From a virus (Duplodnaviria > Caudoviricetes), in the IMG/VR virus record IMGVR_UViG_3300036944_001184, positions 1 through 58,166 of that record: 58,166 nt of DNA. The stretch is one strand, 5' to 3'. Positions 36,335-46,497 of this stretch are shown one piece after another (the stretch's first letter is position 1; each line of letters opens with the position of its first letter). The notes beneath the pieces were generated by a model, which searched no databases, was not told where the DNA came from, and saw only the letters and a list, made by a program, of their open reading frames with translations. The position numbers and the translations under genes are program-made.

Positions 36335-38470
36335 TTAATCCTCTTCGTCGTCGTATTTCTTATCGAGGTCAATCGTGTACCGCTTGCCCTTGCCGCGCGA
36401 CTCGGAAGTCACGGGCCTAGCATTCGGCATACCAGTGTTGAAAGCTTCTTCAGCAGAAGCCAGCCCACGGGCGAGAGCGTATTGGTCACGACTGAAGCTG
36501 AGACCACTGAGGTCCGCGTAGTCGTTGAACAGCGAGCGCAGCATGGTCGCGGTGCCTTTCCACTCGGAAGCTCCGGTCGCGTCACGGTGGACACGGGCGA
36601 ACATTTCGATCGCCTCGATCGCCGGGGCGCGGCTGCCGTTGTCACGCGCTGCGTTCATGATGAACGGGTGCATGTAGTGGCCCACACCGAAGCGGGCGCT
36701 GCCGGTAATCTGCTCGGGCACTTCCCAGTCCAGCAGGAACCGCGCAAAGTAGGGCATCTCATCGGAGATGATCTTCTCAAGCTCGTGGTTCGGTGGGAAC
36801 TTCGGCTTGTGCTTGGTGCTGACCCGGAATCCTAGAAGCTTGTCGGCGTTGCTCACGTCCAGCGAGGGGACCACAGCGAGGGACTGCACGTCCTCGTTGA
36901 GCGAGATGATGATTCGCCCCGCCCATGGAATACGCACGCTGTCCTGATACTTCGCCATGACGTCGATCATCGGGTTGGCGATGCGCGCCTTGAGAAGCTC
37001 GGTGAACTTGCGGTGGTCCGCAGCGTTGGTCGCCGAGGCGGTATCGTCGATCGACCACACCGGGTTCTCGGCCAGCTCCTTGTTGAACTGGGTCCGGGCT
37101 TGCAGGTAGTCGCTGGCAGTCGCCGCGCCGCCCAGAAGACCCGCGAGGATCTTGTTGCTGAAGAGGGTTTTGCCCATTCCGGTCGGCCCGACTAGGATCA
37201 CAGCCTGCCCTTGGTAGAGGTAGCCGTAGTGAAGCGACTCGTAGGCGCGCTTCATCCACGCGAACAGGTAGTCAGCCGGGTTGGAGCCGTCTGGGTCGTC
37301 CAAAAAGTTCTGGAAGAAGCCCGAAAGGAACGGGAAGTCCTTTTCAGTGGCGGCTTCGGCGGGGATTACCGACTTGTTGCGGTTGCTGTTGAGCACAATC
37401 GAGCCGTTTACCTTCACGATCCGGTCTTTCTGGTGAAGGATCGGGGCGCACCCGTGGATTCGGTTGTGCGCTTGGATGTGGAGCAGTGCTTGCTCGACCT
37501 CTGACACCCGTTGACCCTTCTTTTTCTCCGCCGCAAGGCCGATTGACCGCAGTTCCATGGTCAAATCCTCCTTGGGGAAGTCAAAAAGTCCGTTCGCCGT
37601 AAAGCGGTAGTACCTTTTGCCGTCGTACCAGATGTCAGAGACCGCTGTGTTGACCTTCTTCTGCTCGAACGCAGACACGAAAGCCCCACCAAGGATCTCA
37701 GACCAGCTGACGAAGCCCTTTCCGGCGCGGTCGCTGAAGCAGATGATGCCGTGGTCACCCACCTGCCCACCCTCGCGTTCGATCCCGTCGTCAATCCAGA
37801 ACAACGGGACGCGGGAACCCATCTTCAGGCCATTCGGCAGCCTGTGCGCCCAGCGCCTGACACATTCCTCCTCGACTGCGTCGATCGGGATGTTGATGTC
37901 AGTGCCGATGGTCTTCTTGGAGGTAGTGCTGAACAGCGCCTTGGTGATGAACTCAGGCGGGACGAACTCGCCCGTCTGCGTCCAGTCGAAACCCACCTCG
38001 TAGTACTGCGAGGGGTTCAGGGAGCAGTTGTCGAAGCCCGCCGCGAGCGCCGGAGCGTTGATCGCCTTGGCGAACTCGGACAGGAAGGGCTTGATGTACT
38101 CCTCCGAGATGACCAGAGGCTCAGTGAACAACCAGACAAGGCGGAAGTTGCCGCTGCGCGTCCTGTGCGCATAGGTCGGCATGAGCACCATGCGCGGATT
38201 GGTCTTCAAGCGAAGCTCGAAGTCGTCGTAGGCCGGGACGTCGTAGTCTCCGATAAACCCGGAGACACGAGCCACGGGATTATCGACCTTGATTCGGATG
38301 TTGGGGTTCACCCCCTCGCAGAGGGAGTAGAAAAGGTGGTTCGTGTCCGGAAGACCCTGCCATCTGCGCAGTTCCTCCTTGGTGGTGGCAGGGCAGTCGC
38401 CCTTGAAGTTGTAAGGATCGGGAACGAGGTCAGCCCGATCGCTTCGATGGTTCTTGATGCAGCGGAACAT
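36335..38470 (-). CDS. Primase-helicase (AEP-like N-terminus plus P-loop helicase domain)
   Basis: GDYD, RTRSGNFRLVW primase-like motifs; Walker A GPTGMGKT; Walker B WSIDD. Confidence 0.8.
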   Translation of the reverse strand: MFRCIKNHRSDRADLVPDPYNFKGDCPATTKEELRRWQGLPDTNHLFYSLCEGVNPNIRIKVDNPVARVSGFIGDYDVPAYDDFELRLKTNPRMVLMPTYAHRTRSGNFRLVWLFTEPLVISEEYIKPFLSEFAKAINAPALAAGFDNCSLNPSQYYEVGFDWTQTGEFVPPEFITKALFSTTSKKTIGTDINIPIDAVEEECVRRWAHRLPNGLKMGSRVPLFWIDDGIEREGGQVGDHGIICFSDRAGKGFVSWSEILGGAFVSAFEQKKVNTAVSDIWYDGKRYYRFTANGLFDFPKEDLTMELRSIGLAAEKKKGQRVSEVEQALLHIQAHNRIHGCAPILHQKDRIVKVNGSIVLNSNRNKSVIPAEAATEKDFPFLSGFFQNFLDDPDGSNPADYLFAWMKRAYESLHYGYLYQGQAVILVGPTGMGKTLFSNKILAGLLGGAATASDYLQARTQFNKELAENPVWSIDDTASATNAADHRKFTELLKARIANPMIDVMAKYQDSVRIPWAGRIIISLNEDVQSLAVVPSLDVSNADKLLGFRVSTKHKPKFPPNHELEKIISDEMPYFARFLLDWEVPEQITGSARFGVGHYMHPFIMNAARDNGSRAPAIEAIEMFARVHRDATGASEWKGTATMLRSLFNDYADLSGLSFSRDQYALARGLASAEEAFNTGMPNARPVTSESRGKGKRYTIDLDKKYDDEED

Positions 38471-38513
38471 TTAGTGTGCGGAAGTGTGTGGTGGTTTGGC
38501 GGCTAGGTCAAGC

Positions 38514-40262
38514 TCACTTTTCGTAGCGGTCGAGGATTTTCCCCTCCGCGGACAGCGGAATGTCGGAAATCCACTTCGGCGGGGTGCTCATGATCTCCAA
38601 GCAATCGCTCAGGCACTGCTCGGCCATTTCTTCCGGGACCTCAATCACTACTTCGTCGTGGACGTGGAGGATGAGCGGGTAACCCGCCTCCTCGATCCGC
38701 CTAACACATGACATAAATATATCCCTAGCTAATGCTTGACATAAATTCTCCACCAAACTTCCGAACCATAGGCGAACAGTCATCGGGCTGCCGTTCTTGA
38801 CCAGCGTGGCGGTTGTGGATCGTCCACCGCTGGCTGCAACGTCGCGGTAGATGAGGCGGTTGCCGGATGGCAGGACAAACTCCAGCACTCCGTCCTTGCG
38901 GGCGGCAGTCAGGCTATTGTTGAGGTCCTTCCACAGGCGAACCACTGCCTTCATGTTCTTCTTGTAGAGGGCAGTGAAGGACTCCGCTTCCTTGAGTGAC
39001 TGCCCGGAAATGGATGCGATCTTCGCCGCGCTCGCCCCGTACTGGGTACCTAACCCAATGGTTTTGAACGTGTTACGAAGAACAGGATCATGTTTCTTGA
39101 GCGATCCGCGGTCCTTGGACCACATCTTGAACATCACCGCAAAGGCTTCGTAGATGTCATCAGGGGATTCCCGAATCAGGTCCATCGCCTTGTGATCCTG
39201 CGCCAGCCACAGGATGACGCGCACCTCGATCTGCGAAAGGTCCACCACTACCAGCTTATTGCCGGGTGCGGCGGAGATCATTCCGCGAATGTTGGCTCCG
39301 TGAAGCGTGGTTCGGCTCAGGTTCTGGAGGTTGCCGTTGGAGCCACCTCCAGAAAACCGCTTTGTGTGCGCGCCGCAATACATCATGCCACCGTAGTAGC
39401 GCCCGTCCAGTGTGCCACGCTCGAAGCCTTCCAGCTTCTTGATCAGCGCGTTGACGCTGCGCCAGCTGCGGACTGCGGTCGCCCATGGGAGCTTCTCACC
39501 ATAGGTCTCGATCCAGCTATCCGCCTCTTCGCTGTCGATGGCGAGGCTGGCTGGTGGGTCAATGCCGTACTTGCGGCACTCCTCAGCGAACGCCTTGGGC
39601 GAGAGGAGCGGCTTGTCGCCCGCCCACGGGATCATCGCCTCGGCGTCGAACAACACCTGCTTCGTGTTGCGCAGGTTGTTGTGGAGCATGTCGAGATCCA
39701 TCGGCAAGCCGCGGCGCATCATCCGCCGGGTGTGACAGGAGATCCATTTCTCCTGCTCGGGCCAGCTCTCGGAAAGCTCATCCCACACACGAAGACAGTA
39801 CCGGGAATCCTTGAGGGCGTATTCAGTGACCTCTGCCTTGAATTCGGGCGACATGAGTTCCCAGCGCCGGTTCTTCATGTTGTCGCGGGTGGTCTTCGGC
39901 ATCTCCTCTTTCCAGATCCACTTGACTGCGCCCTTGAGCGAGCGGGGGATGTTGAAGTAGGCGCACAGGTCGGCGGTGCAGTGCCATTCCGCGAAGGCCA
40001 CTTCGGGGTACCAGCCCTGCTCGACTCCGAACAGGTAGAGGGTTTCGTCGAAGGCCGCGTTGTGGGAGATCACGCGATGCCCTTCGAGCATCTTCCAGTC
40101 AAAAAGCTTGGGGTGTCCGCAGAACTCGTAGCCGTCGCTGCCGACGACTGACACCATGTAAGCGTCGAAGTCCGGGTGTGAGAAATAGCCTCGGTTGCCG
40201 AGGACTCGGACAGAGCATTCGTCCGAGTAGAAAGTTTCAAAGTCTACTGCGTAGGTGTTCAT
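38514..40262 (-). CDS. polA: Family A DNA polymerase with 3'-5' exonuclease
   Basis: DFET, HNAAFD, YALKD exo motifs; DLSQIEVR (motif A), KTIGLGTQYG (motif B), HVHDEV (motif C). Confidence 0.95.
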   Translation of the reverse strand: MNTYAVDFETFYSDECSVRVLGNRGYFSHPDFDAYMVSVVGSDGYEFCGHPKLFDWKMLEGHRVISHNAAFDETLYLFGVEQGWYPEVAFAEWHCTADLCAYFNIPRSLKGAVKWIWKEEMPKTTRDNMKNRRWELMSPEFKAEVTEYALKDSRYCLRVWDELSESWPEQEKWISCHTRRMMRRGLPMDLDMLHNNLRNTKQVLFDAEAMIPWAGDKPLLSPKAFAEECRKYGIDPPASLAIDSEEADSWIETYGEKLPWATAVRSWRSVNALIKKLEGFERGTLDGRYYGGMMYCGAHTKRFSGGGSNGNLQNLSRTTLHGANIRGMISAAPGNKLVVVDLSQIEVRVILWLAQDHKAMDLIRESPDDIYEAFAVMFKMWSKDRGSLKKHDPVLRNTFKTIGLGTQYGASAAKIASISGQSLKEAESFTALYKKNMKAVVRLWKDLNNSLTAARKDGVLEFVLPSGNRLIYRDVAASGGRSTTATLVKNGSPMTVRLWFGSLVENLCQALARDIFMSCVRRIEEAGYPLILHVHDEVVIEVPEEMAEQCLSDCLEIMSTPPKWISDIPLSAEGKILDRYEK

Positions 40263-40280
40263 GAATTTGGGTGGTCTGTA

Positions 40281-40320
40281 GAAAGTAAAGCGGGTGGATA
40301 GCGACCTGCTACCCACCCGC
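40281..40320 (-). terminator. Intrinsic terminator/attenuator upstream of polA
   Basis: Minus strand GCGGGTGGGTAGC-AGGTC-GCTATCCACCCGC-TTTACTTT. Confidence 0.65.
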
Positions 40321-40331
40321 CCTTTTGCTGC

Positions 40332-40607
40332 TTAGTTGCTGCCGTGGTTGAACTGGACGATGTTGTCTGGTTCAGGGAATGGCAACTCAAGCTGCTCCGG
40401 CTGCTCGGTAGGGGAGTCCGAGTTTTCATCCAGCCAGTCGTCCAGAATGCTCTTCGAGCAAAGCAGCCCGTGAAGGCGTGCCTGTGCTGCGGCGAGCATG
40501 TGTGTCAACTGGGTGATGGTGCCGTCCATCTCGTCGATGTCATTCTGCATCTCTTGGACGGTCGCCTTGACGAGGTCCTCTGGCAGAGGTGGGACAAAGG
40601 TACTCAT
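40332..40607 (-). CDS. Hypothetical coiled-coil protein
   Basis: 91-aa coupled ORF. Confidence 0.65.
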   Translation of the reverse strand: MSTFVPPLPEDLVKATVQEMQNDIDEMDGTITQLTHMLAAAQARLHGLLCSKSILDDWLDENSDSPTEQPEQLELPFPEPDNIVQFNHGSN

Positions 40608-41287
40608 TACTGGGCACCTCCCGAGAGGCGGCTGGCGAAGGCCGCGGTTTCAGGTCCAACGATTCCCTTGCTTGGGGACAGCGAAGGAACGTACCACTTG
40701 TAGGCACCCTTGGTCACAAGATCGCTGGAGAGGTTCCAGACGATATCGCTGACAGGCTTGCCGGGGTTGAACGCCTCGAAGGTGGCGAGACGCTTGAACG
40801 TGGTGTCGTACGCCTTCTTCTGGGCGAAGAACTTGCCGATCGCCCACTGTTCGCCATCGAGGTCGAACGGGAACGCATCCGCGTCCTCAGTGTCCGACGT
40901 CTTCTGGATGAGGAGGGAGATGTAAGCGCAAGTGATGAACTTGAACTCGTTGTCCTCCTCGTTGTAGTGGCGGTCTGCTTCTTCCTGCGAGTGCAGGAAC
41001 ACTGGTTGCTGGTCGCTGTCGAACGGGATGTCCTGCTTCCAGTACTTCTGTGCCGCAATGACAATCGCGGGAACCTTGATTCCCGGACGGTAGAGGATGC
41101 TTTCCCGATTCAGGACGATCGAACCCACTGGGGCTTCGAAGTCGAGGTCGGTCATCTTCTGGACGAACTGGAGGCGCGGCAACTCAATGTCACTGGCTGC
41201 GTAGGCCGCAGCGGGGGCTGGGGCGGCGGCAAGCGCAGTGGTTTCTTCGGGGGCTTCAGCGGTTGATACGAATAATTTGGTAGCCAT
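40607..41287 (-). CDS. Probable single-stranded DNA-binding protein
   Basis: ASDIELPRLQFVQ...KWYVP pattern; located between nuclease and PolA. Confidence 0.6.
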   Translation of the reverse strand: MATKLFVSTAEAPEETTALAAAPAPAAAYAASDIELPRLQFVQKMTDLDFEAPVGSIVLNRESILYRPGIKVPAIVIAAQKYWKQDIPFDSDQQPVFLHSQEEADRHYNEEDNEFKFITCAYISLLIQKTSDTEDADAFPFDLDGEQWAIGKFFAQKKAYDTTFKRLATFEAFNPGKPVSDIVWNLSSDLVTKGAYKWYVPSLSPSKGIVGPETAAFASRLSGGAQ

Positions 41288-41371
41288 AATGGTTGTGTAA
41301 CGGTTTGTGAGAGGGAGCTTTGCCGGATGGCTTGGGAAGGACGTGCTCCGAGGACGCCCTGTCAGGGAAAG

Positions 41372-41686
41372 TTAGGGCTTCTTAGCTTCGATGCGGGACT
41401 GAATGACCTTGAATTCACCCGCCGTGACGTTGCCAGTTCCGGCATATGCCGGGACAAGGGTGTCTCGTATTTCCCGCAGTCGGGTCTCCGTTACTCCAGA
41501 GGCTCTTGTAGACTCTATGATCGCGAGAACGGCTTTATAGACTCTGGAAAATACGTAAAGGGCGAGGAGGCCGCTCCCCAAGTCTTTCAAGAAATCCAAC
41601 GCAAGCCAGCCAATGCCGATCTGCTTCGCTCCTTCAGTGACTCCATCCACGGATTGGAGGACCAGTTTTAGTTGTTCGATGTCCAT
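41372..41686 (-). CDS. Membrane protein
   Basis: 104 aa with a hydrophobic segment. Confidence 0.55.
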   Translation of the reverse strand: MDIEQLKLVLQSVDGVTEGAKQIGIGWLALDFLKDLGSGLLALYVFSRVYKAVLAIIESTRASGVTETRLREIRDTLVPAYAGTGNVTAGEFKVIQSRIEAKKP

Positions 41687-41711
41687 GATTCGGTGTGTTG
41701 TGTGTCAGGTA

Positions 41712-41993
41712 TTACCAGAAGCGGTCTTCAGCGGCTTCAGCAGCCTCGTCGGAAAGGGTGTCCCAAGTTTCGGCGTCCACGTCAATCTCGCCAACTTCCG
41801 CCCACGCCTGCTGGAGGTTTCCAATCAGCCCGTAGAGCTGGCACGCAGCAATTCCGCCCAAGGTGTTCTCAGTCTCAGGTCCTTGGATTCCTTCCAGAGA
41901 TGTACACCCCGGCGAAGACTCAACTCGCATTTCCCGTCCGTCGATCTTGAGGGAGGCGCTGTAGCTGTTGTTAAACTCGATCTCGATTTTCAT
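41712..41993 (-). CDS. Hypothetical acidic protein
   Basis: 93-aa ORF. Confidence 0.6.
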   Translation of the reverse strand: MKIEIEFNNSYSASLKIDGREMRVESSPGCTSLEGIQGPETENTLGGIAACQLYGLIGNLQQAWAEVGEIDVDAETWDTLSDEAAEAAEDRFW

Positions 41994-41997
41994 GCTG

Positions 41998-43137
41998 TTA
42001 CTCCTTGGTAAGGGTTACTCGTTCAGACCCAATCTCGACAGCTCCGGAAGCGACCATCGCCTCCTCGAACTGCTCAGCGTAGGCGGTCTTCTGCCCTCGC
42101 TTGGCAGTAGAAGAATACAAATCGCGGACCTTGGCAACAGGAAAATCAGCGAGAGCCAAAATTTCTTTCGGGTCCATGCCGAGCTTCTCCGCTACGTTCA
42201 GGAAATCCGCAGGGCTGGTCACCTTGCGGGTGCAGCCCATCGACCGGATCTTAAAACCCGTAGGAGGAATCCCGTCAAGAGCTGCAAGGACTCCCTTGCG
42301 CTTGATTCCTTCAGCCCACTTCTCGACGATCGAAGCGATCGTGTAGAGCTTGCCGAGGGTATCCGGGTCTTCAACTTCGGAGGAACGGATCGGTCCTTCA
42401 GGCAACCACTCGGGCTCGTACTTCGCCGCGATCTCGAAGGCGAGGTGGCCGAGGGCGGGGCAGCGCCCTTCCTGTGCGAACTGGCAGTAGTCGCATCCTT
42501 GATTGGGGTTCAGCTCCTCAAGAGGTGGCTGCCGGTCCTTCTCCCAGCGGAGGCGAGTGATCTTGCCTTCGAGGATGACCGTGGCGACCTTGTCCTCCAG
42601 AGCTTCCAGCTGGTCGCGGGTGAACGTACCATGCAACTCCTGCCCGCGTTGCGGAATCAGGAATACGCTGTGGATGGTGTTCACTTCAGGCCAGCGTTGG
42701 AAGACCCCGATGGCGTAGTTGAACGCCTGCCAGTTGTCCGCCACCTCGTCGATCTCGCCGATGCCGGTCTTGTGGTCAAGGTTGAGACAGGTATCGCCTC
42801 CGATGACCACGAGATCCGACGTGCCGAAGTTGCTGGACCCATAGGGGAGTTCCATGTCCAAGGCGACTTCCTTGTGGATCTCCACCGGAGTGTCGCCAAA
42901 GATGTTTTGAATCCAGCGTTCCTCGCCCTCGATAAGCTGGTCATAGATGGCGATTTCAGACTCATCGTGGAGTCCTGAAAAGTCGCGCATCTCTACTGCT
43001 TCGTGAATCCTTGTGCCTTTCTCTGAGGCGGCGCTGGTACCGCCACGAGACTTCCATCCCCGGCACGCCGAGACGTACTTCAGGGAGGAGGGTCCGAAAG
43101 AGTGATGGCCTCGTGAGGCGTGGTCTACTTGGTTCAT
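41998..43137 (-). CDS. Cas4-like PD-(D/E)XK exonuclease (DUF2800-type)
   Basis: PSSL...C, GTRIHE, GTSD...LDHKTG, NWQ..Y, CDYC...CP. Confidence 0.85.
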   Translation of the reverse strand: MNQVDHASRGHHSFGPSSLKYVSACRGWKSRGGTSAASEKGTRIHEAVEMRDFSGLHDESEIAIYDQLIEGEERWIQNIFGDTPVEIHKEVALDMELPYGSSNFGTSDLVVIGGDTCLNLDHKTGIGEIDEVADNWQAFNYAIGVFQRWPEVNTIHSVFLIPQRGQELHGTFTRDQLEALEDKVATVILEGKITRLRWEKDRQPPLEELNPNQGCDYCQFAQEGRCPALGHLAFEIAAKYEPEWLPEGPIRSSEVEDPDTLGKLYTIASIVEKWAEGIKRKGVLAALDGIPPTGFKIRSMGCTRKVTSPADFLNVAEKLGMDPKEILALADFPVAKVRDLYSSTAKRGQKTAYAEQFEEAMVASGAVEIGSERVTLTKE

Positions 43138-43658
43138 GCGTGTAGTGGTGAGTGATATTCAGATACCCAAGCTCGGAGTTCGTCAAGGTTGATCATCGGC
43201 CTGCCGAACTTGGGGTAGATGTTTTCAGGGCAGATGTTGAAATAGCGCGGGTCGCCCAGCGTGGCGCTGTGGACGTGCCCGTGGATGTTGGGCTTGCCCC
43301 GGAGTTCCTGATCGTGGATAGGCGGGTGGCTGAGCCACATGCCCTTGTACTTCAGGAGTCCGTGGATCTGCTTGTAGACTTCCAGTTCTTGTGGGCTGTG
43401 GACATCGTGGTTACCCTTGATCAGGACCTTCCGCCCCGGCATTGCGTGGACAATGCCGAGGCTGCGCTCATTGAAGGCCATGTCGCCGAGGCAGAAGACA
43501 ATGTCTGATCTGTCCCCGGCGGTTTTCTTGCTAACGACGCTGGTCCAGCATTCAGTGATCCACCGCACGTTGTCGGCCTCCGAAACAATCGGGCGATCGG
43601 CAAAGTTTGCGATGTTCTCATGCCCAAAGTGGGCATCCGAAATAAACCAGCAGGACAC
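43134..43658 (-). CDS. Calcineurin-like metallophosphoesterase (GTG start)
   Basis: SDAHFGH, LGD, GNHD, SHPP, HGHVH. Confidence 0.9.
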   Translation of the reverse strand: MSCWFISDAHFGHENIANFADRPIVSEADNVRWITECWTSVVSKKTAGDRSDIVFCLGDMAFNERSLGIVHAMPGRKVLIKGNHDVHSPQELEVYKQIHGLLKYKGMWLSHPPIHDQELRGKPNIHGHVHSATLGDPRYFNICPENIYPKFGRPMINLDELRAWVSEYHSPLHA

Positions 43659-43659
43659 G

Positions 43660-44058
43660 TTAGAGGATATCGTTGAGTTCACCAATGGCGTCGAAGATGA
43701 GTGGAGTCGCTTCGCTATCTGGAGAAGACAAGGCCAGCGCAGCGACCAACATTTCGCGAACCGCGAACAGGCGGGCTCCCGGGCAGTCGCACTCTTCGTC
43801 CTCGTCAGGCTCGCACTCATGGGCGATGATCGCCTCGACCTGCTCGTCGTTGAGGGAAGCGTGGGCGAACACGTTGGTTTCTCCGACGCGGCGGTAGCCG
43901 AATCCGGCATGTAGTTCTTCGTTGGTAGCGCCAGCGCCGGAGGCAACTTCTGCTTCCTCAGCGGAGATTGCCACAAGGGCGTTCACCGAATCAGGAATGT
44001 CGAGAGTGAGTCCGTCGCGGGGGCCTCCGAGGAATAGGCAGTCAGTGGTGTCGTTCAT
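43660..44058 (-). CDS. Hypothetical protein
   Basis: FLGGPRDG motif; acidic. Confidence 0.65.
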   Translation of the reverse strand: MNDTTDCLFLGGPRDGLTLDIPDSVNALVAISAEEAEVASGAGATNEELHAGFGYRRVGETNVFAHASLNDEQVEAIIAHECEPDEDEECDCPGARLFAVREMLVAALALSSPDSEATPLIFDAIGELNDIL

Positions 44059-44070
44059 GGTATGGTAGGT

Positions 44071-45423
44071 TCAGGTTCCGTGTAGGGCTTCCAGATTGGA
44101 GAGCTTCTTGTGGATCGCTTGCAAGACGTACTCCTCAATCGTGCCGCTGGCAACCAAAATCTTTTGGAGCGCGTCACTTTTTGAGTTTGCCCGGTGGATT
44201 CGACCGAGTACCTGCTTGAAAGTCTTGGCGTTAAAGGAGAGAGAGATCAGCGAGACTCTCGGAAACTTCCCGTGCGTGTCCTGCAATCCGTCGATGCCGG
44301 TGCCTCCGGCTTCAGAGTTCAGGACGATGACGCGGAGCTTGTCGTCGCGGAAGCGGTCCACGTAGTCCTGCCTCTCTTCGGCGTTCTGTCCACCGTTGAC
44401 GAAGCCGACTTCCATTTTGAGCGTGGCTTCCAGTGCAGGCACCAAGGCGTCCAGCGTCTCGCGGAAGTTCACGAAGATGACCACCGACTTGTGCTCCTCG
44501 ATCATGTCCTTGGTCATCTCGACGATGTCCGGGACTTTCAGCGCCTCGGTGAGCTGCCTCGCCCGCAGCATGCGGGTCAGCAGCATGGTGACTTTGGCAT
44601 CTTTGTCCCTCGCCTTGGCGCGGTCCTCCTTCTCGAAGGTGTCCATGTGGTCCATCAGCTCGTCAATCACATCGGTCGTGACACCTGCTTCCTCGTAGAA
44701 CTTCTTGATCTTGGCGACTGCGCCGAACTCGATCGGGTCTTCAAGAACCCAGTTCTCGCGGAAGGCTTCCGGCAAGTCGCGCTCGGTGATGCGGACAGCT
44801 CGGTCCTTGTAGAGGCGATCGTGAAGAGGCAGGAGCTTCTTGACTGGCCCGGGCCTCCAGTTCTTCCACTGGTCTTGGAAACAGCCGAAGGACTTCATCC
44901 ACTTGTCCCAGCTGGGCAGCAGCTCGGTGCCGCGGTTCAAGCCATGCAGTTCCAAGGCGTAGCCGATCGCCCGCATCTCGGTCGGGTCTTCCGCCGCAGT
45001 CGCGGACAGGAGCAGCGTGCGCACGCCCTGCATCTTCGCCGAGATCAGCAGCTGGCTGCTCTGGGTAAATGGCGACTTACAGCGTTGACATTCGTCGAAC
45101 ACCACCAGCGTATCTTCCGGCAGATCCCAGCGCATGATCTTCTTCGTCACCTTCTTGAGGTGCGCCGACCCGTTACGGATCTTCTCGTAGTTCGTCACGA
45201 ACACCGGCTCAATGCCCCACTCTTCCAGCTCACGCCTCCACGAAGGAAGGGTGGCCTTTGGAGCGATCACGGCGATCGGGCAGTGGAGCTTTCTGGCCAC
45301 GGCACACGCCATGACGGTCTTGCCTGAACCGGTACAGGACGAGTTCAACGCGCTTCCACGCTCGATGATCGAGGATACCAGAAGCTTGACTGCCTTCTCT
45401 TGGGCTGGGAATAGGGTCTTCAT
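44071..45423 (-). CDS. Superfamily 2 helicase
   Basis: TGSGKT, DECQ, SAT, QVLGRIHR. Confidence 0.9.
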   Translation of the reverse strand: MKTLFPAQEKAVKLLVSSIIERGSALNSSCTGSGKTVMACAVARKLHCPIAVIAPKATLPSWRRELEEWGIEPVFVTNYEKIRNGSAHLKKVTKKIMRWDLPEDTLVVFDECQRCKSPFTQSSQLLISAKMQGVRTLLLSATAAEDPTEMRAIGYALELHGLNRGTELLPSWDKWMKSFGCFQDQWKNWRPGPVKKLLPLHDRLYKDRAVRITERDLPEAFRENWVLEDPIEFGAVAKIKKFYEEAGVTTDVIDELMDHMDTFEKEDRAKARDKDAKVTMLLTRMLRARQLTEALKVPDIVEMTKDMIEEHKSVVIFVNFRETLDALVPALEATLKMEVGFVNGGQNAEERQDYVDRFRDDKLRVIVLNSEAGGTGIDGLQDTHGKFPRVSLISLSFNAKTFKQVLGRIHRANSKSDALQKILVASGTIEEYVLQAIHKKLSNLEALHGT

Positions 45424-45701
45424 TCTACTTCAAGAATCCAACGATCATTCGCGTTGACGATCGCCGTGATTTTCTTCTGCGGTGCTTCGCGGTTGAAGTC
45501 ATTCAGATGGTGCCCGACGCTGACGAACGGCCCGCCCGGAGGATCAACGAACCGGAAGACCCGCCCTTCCGAGGTGTCCTCGAAACCGCACCGGGAGTAT
45601 TCGGCGCAGACTCCAACCAGCTCGACGTAGTAGGTTCCGTCTTCCTGTTCGTGGAAGATCATGGAAAGGCCATGGCGACCTTTGATTGGGAAGGAGTTCA
45701 T
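45420..45701 (-). CDS. Hypothetical protein
   Basis: FVDPPGGPFVSVG motif; start MNSFPIK. Confidence 0.6.
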   Translation of the reverse strand: MNSFPIKGRHGLSMIFHEQEDGTYYVELVGVCAEYSRCGFEDTSEGRVFRFVDPPGGPFVSVGHHLNDFNREAPQKKITAIVNANDRWILEVE

Positions 45702-45705
45702 CGCG

Positions 45706-46137
45706 TTAAAGGGAACCAGCGCCCCAGCTGGTAGCGAAGTCTTCAAGTTTAAACACCGGCGGGTTGGGGTCAACGATGTCCACGAAACCAGAAGGCCCGC
45801 CAGCGTAAGTCTTCTTCGCGGCGGCGGCGATCCGCTCCTCCCTGAGCAACCCCTTCATGAGAATCGCATAGTTGACCAAGTCATCGCAAGCATCGTCCAC
45901 GGATTCCCCATCCACGGCGCAGACTCCGTTCTTGATGAAGGCGCGCACACGCTGGAGCTTGTCTGTAGAGCGTAGGATAATACCCATCACTGGGTGAACT
46001 CCGTAGGCTTCGGCAATCCGGAAGTTGGCAAAGGGGTCGCCGTCGCCTCCGGAGTAGTCCATGTTTTTCTGCCGCATGATCTCACGGCATCGGGTGGTGG
46101 TCTCTTCGTGGAGAGACAAGAGGTTGTCTAGGTTCAC
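45706..46137 (-). CDS. Nucleotide-modification-associated (DUF1599-like) helical protein
   Basis: KNMDYS...DPFANF...DKLQR...ESVDDACDDLVNYA. Confidence 0.7.
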   Translation of the reverse strand: MNLDNLLSLHEETTTRCREIMRQKNMDYSGGDGDPFANFRIAEAYGVHPVMGIILRSTDKLQRVRAFIKNGVCAVDGESVDDACDDLVNYAILMKGLLREERIAAAAKKTYAGGPSGFVDIVDPNPPVFKLEDFATSWGAGSL

Positions 46138-46322
46138 TGCTTCTTGGGGTCAGGTAGTTGTCTCAAATACTCGCGCATGTCATCGCGCGCTTGGGGGTCC
46201 GTGTAAAGGTCAATCTCGCCGTTGCGGGTGAAATCCACCCACCGCGCTACCGGGCGCATGACTTGGATTCCGTAGAGCACGGAACCGTCACGCTGGGGGA
46301 ACTCCGTTGCTTTCGTCTTCAC
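46134..46322 (-). CDS. Small hypothetical protein
   Basis: 62-aa coupled ORF. Confidence 0.55.
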   Translation of the reverse strand: MKTKATEFPQRDGSVLYGIQVMRPVARWVDFTRNGEIDLYTDPQARDDMREYLRQLPDPKKQ

Positions 46323-46491
46323 GCTGGTTGGTCAGGTATTTCTGTTTCCGGTATTCGGGATCATGAGCCACGAGCCACTTGTGCAGCGCCCGGTCAACGT
46401 CTGAGAAGTTGTGGTCGTCCCCGCGAGCTGGCTCACGGAATCCGACTGTCGCTTTGGGGTGGCGGTATCGCCGTTTAGTAGGTCCAGCCAT
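46288..46491 (-). CDS. Small hypothetical protein (MAGPTKRR...)
   Basis: 67-aa ORF. Confidence 0.55.
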   Translation of the reverse strand: MAGPTKRRYRHPKATVGFREPARGDDHNFSDVDRALHKWLVAHDPEYRKQKYLTNQREDESNGVPPA

Positions 46492-46497
46492 GGTTGT

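Noticed and set aside
41998-43137. Cas4-like gene as evidence of a CRISPR system
   Set aside because: It lies in the standard phage helicase-nuclease-SSB-PolA module; no cas1/cas2 or array
43659-43976. N-terminal extension of the phosphoesterase ORF in the track
   Set aside because: Overlaps the 43660-44058 gene; the phosphoesterase motif begins right after GTG 43658
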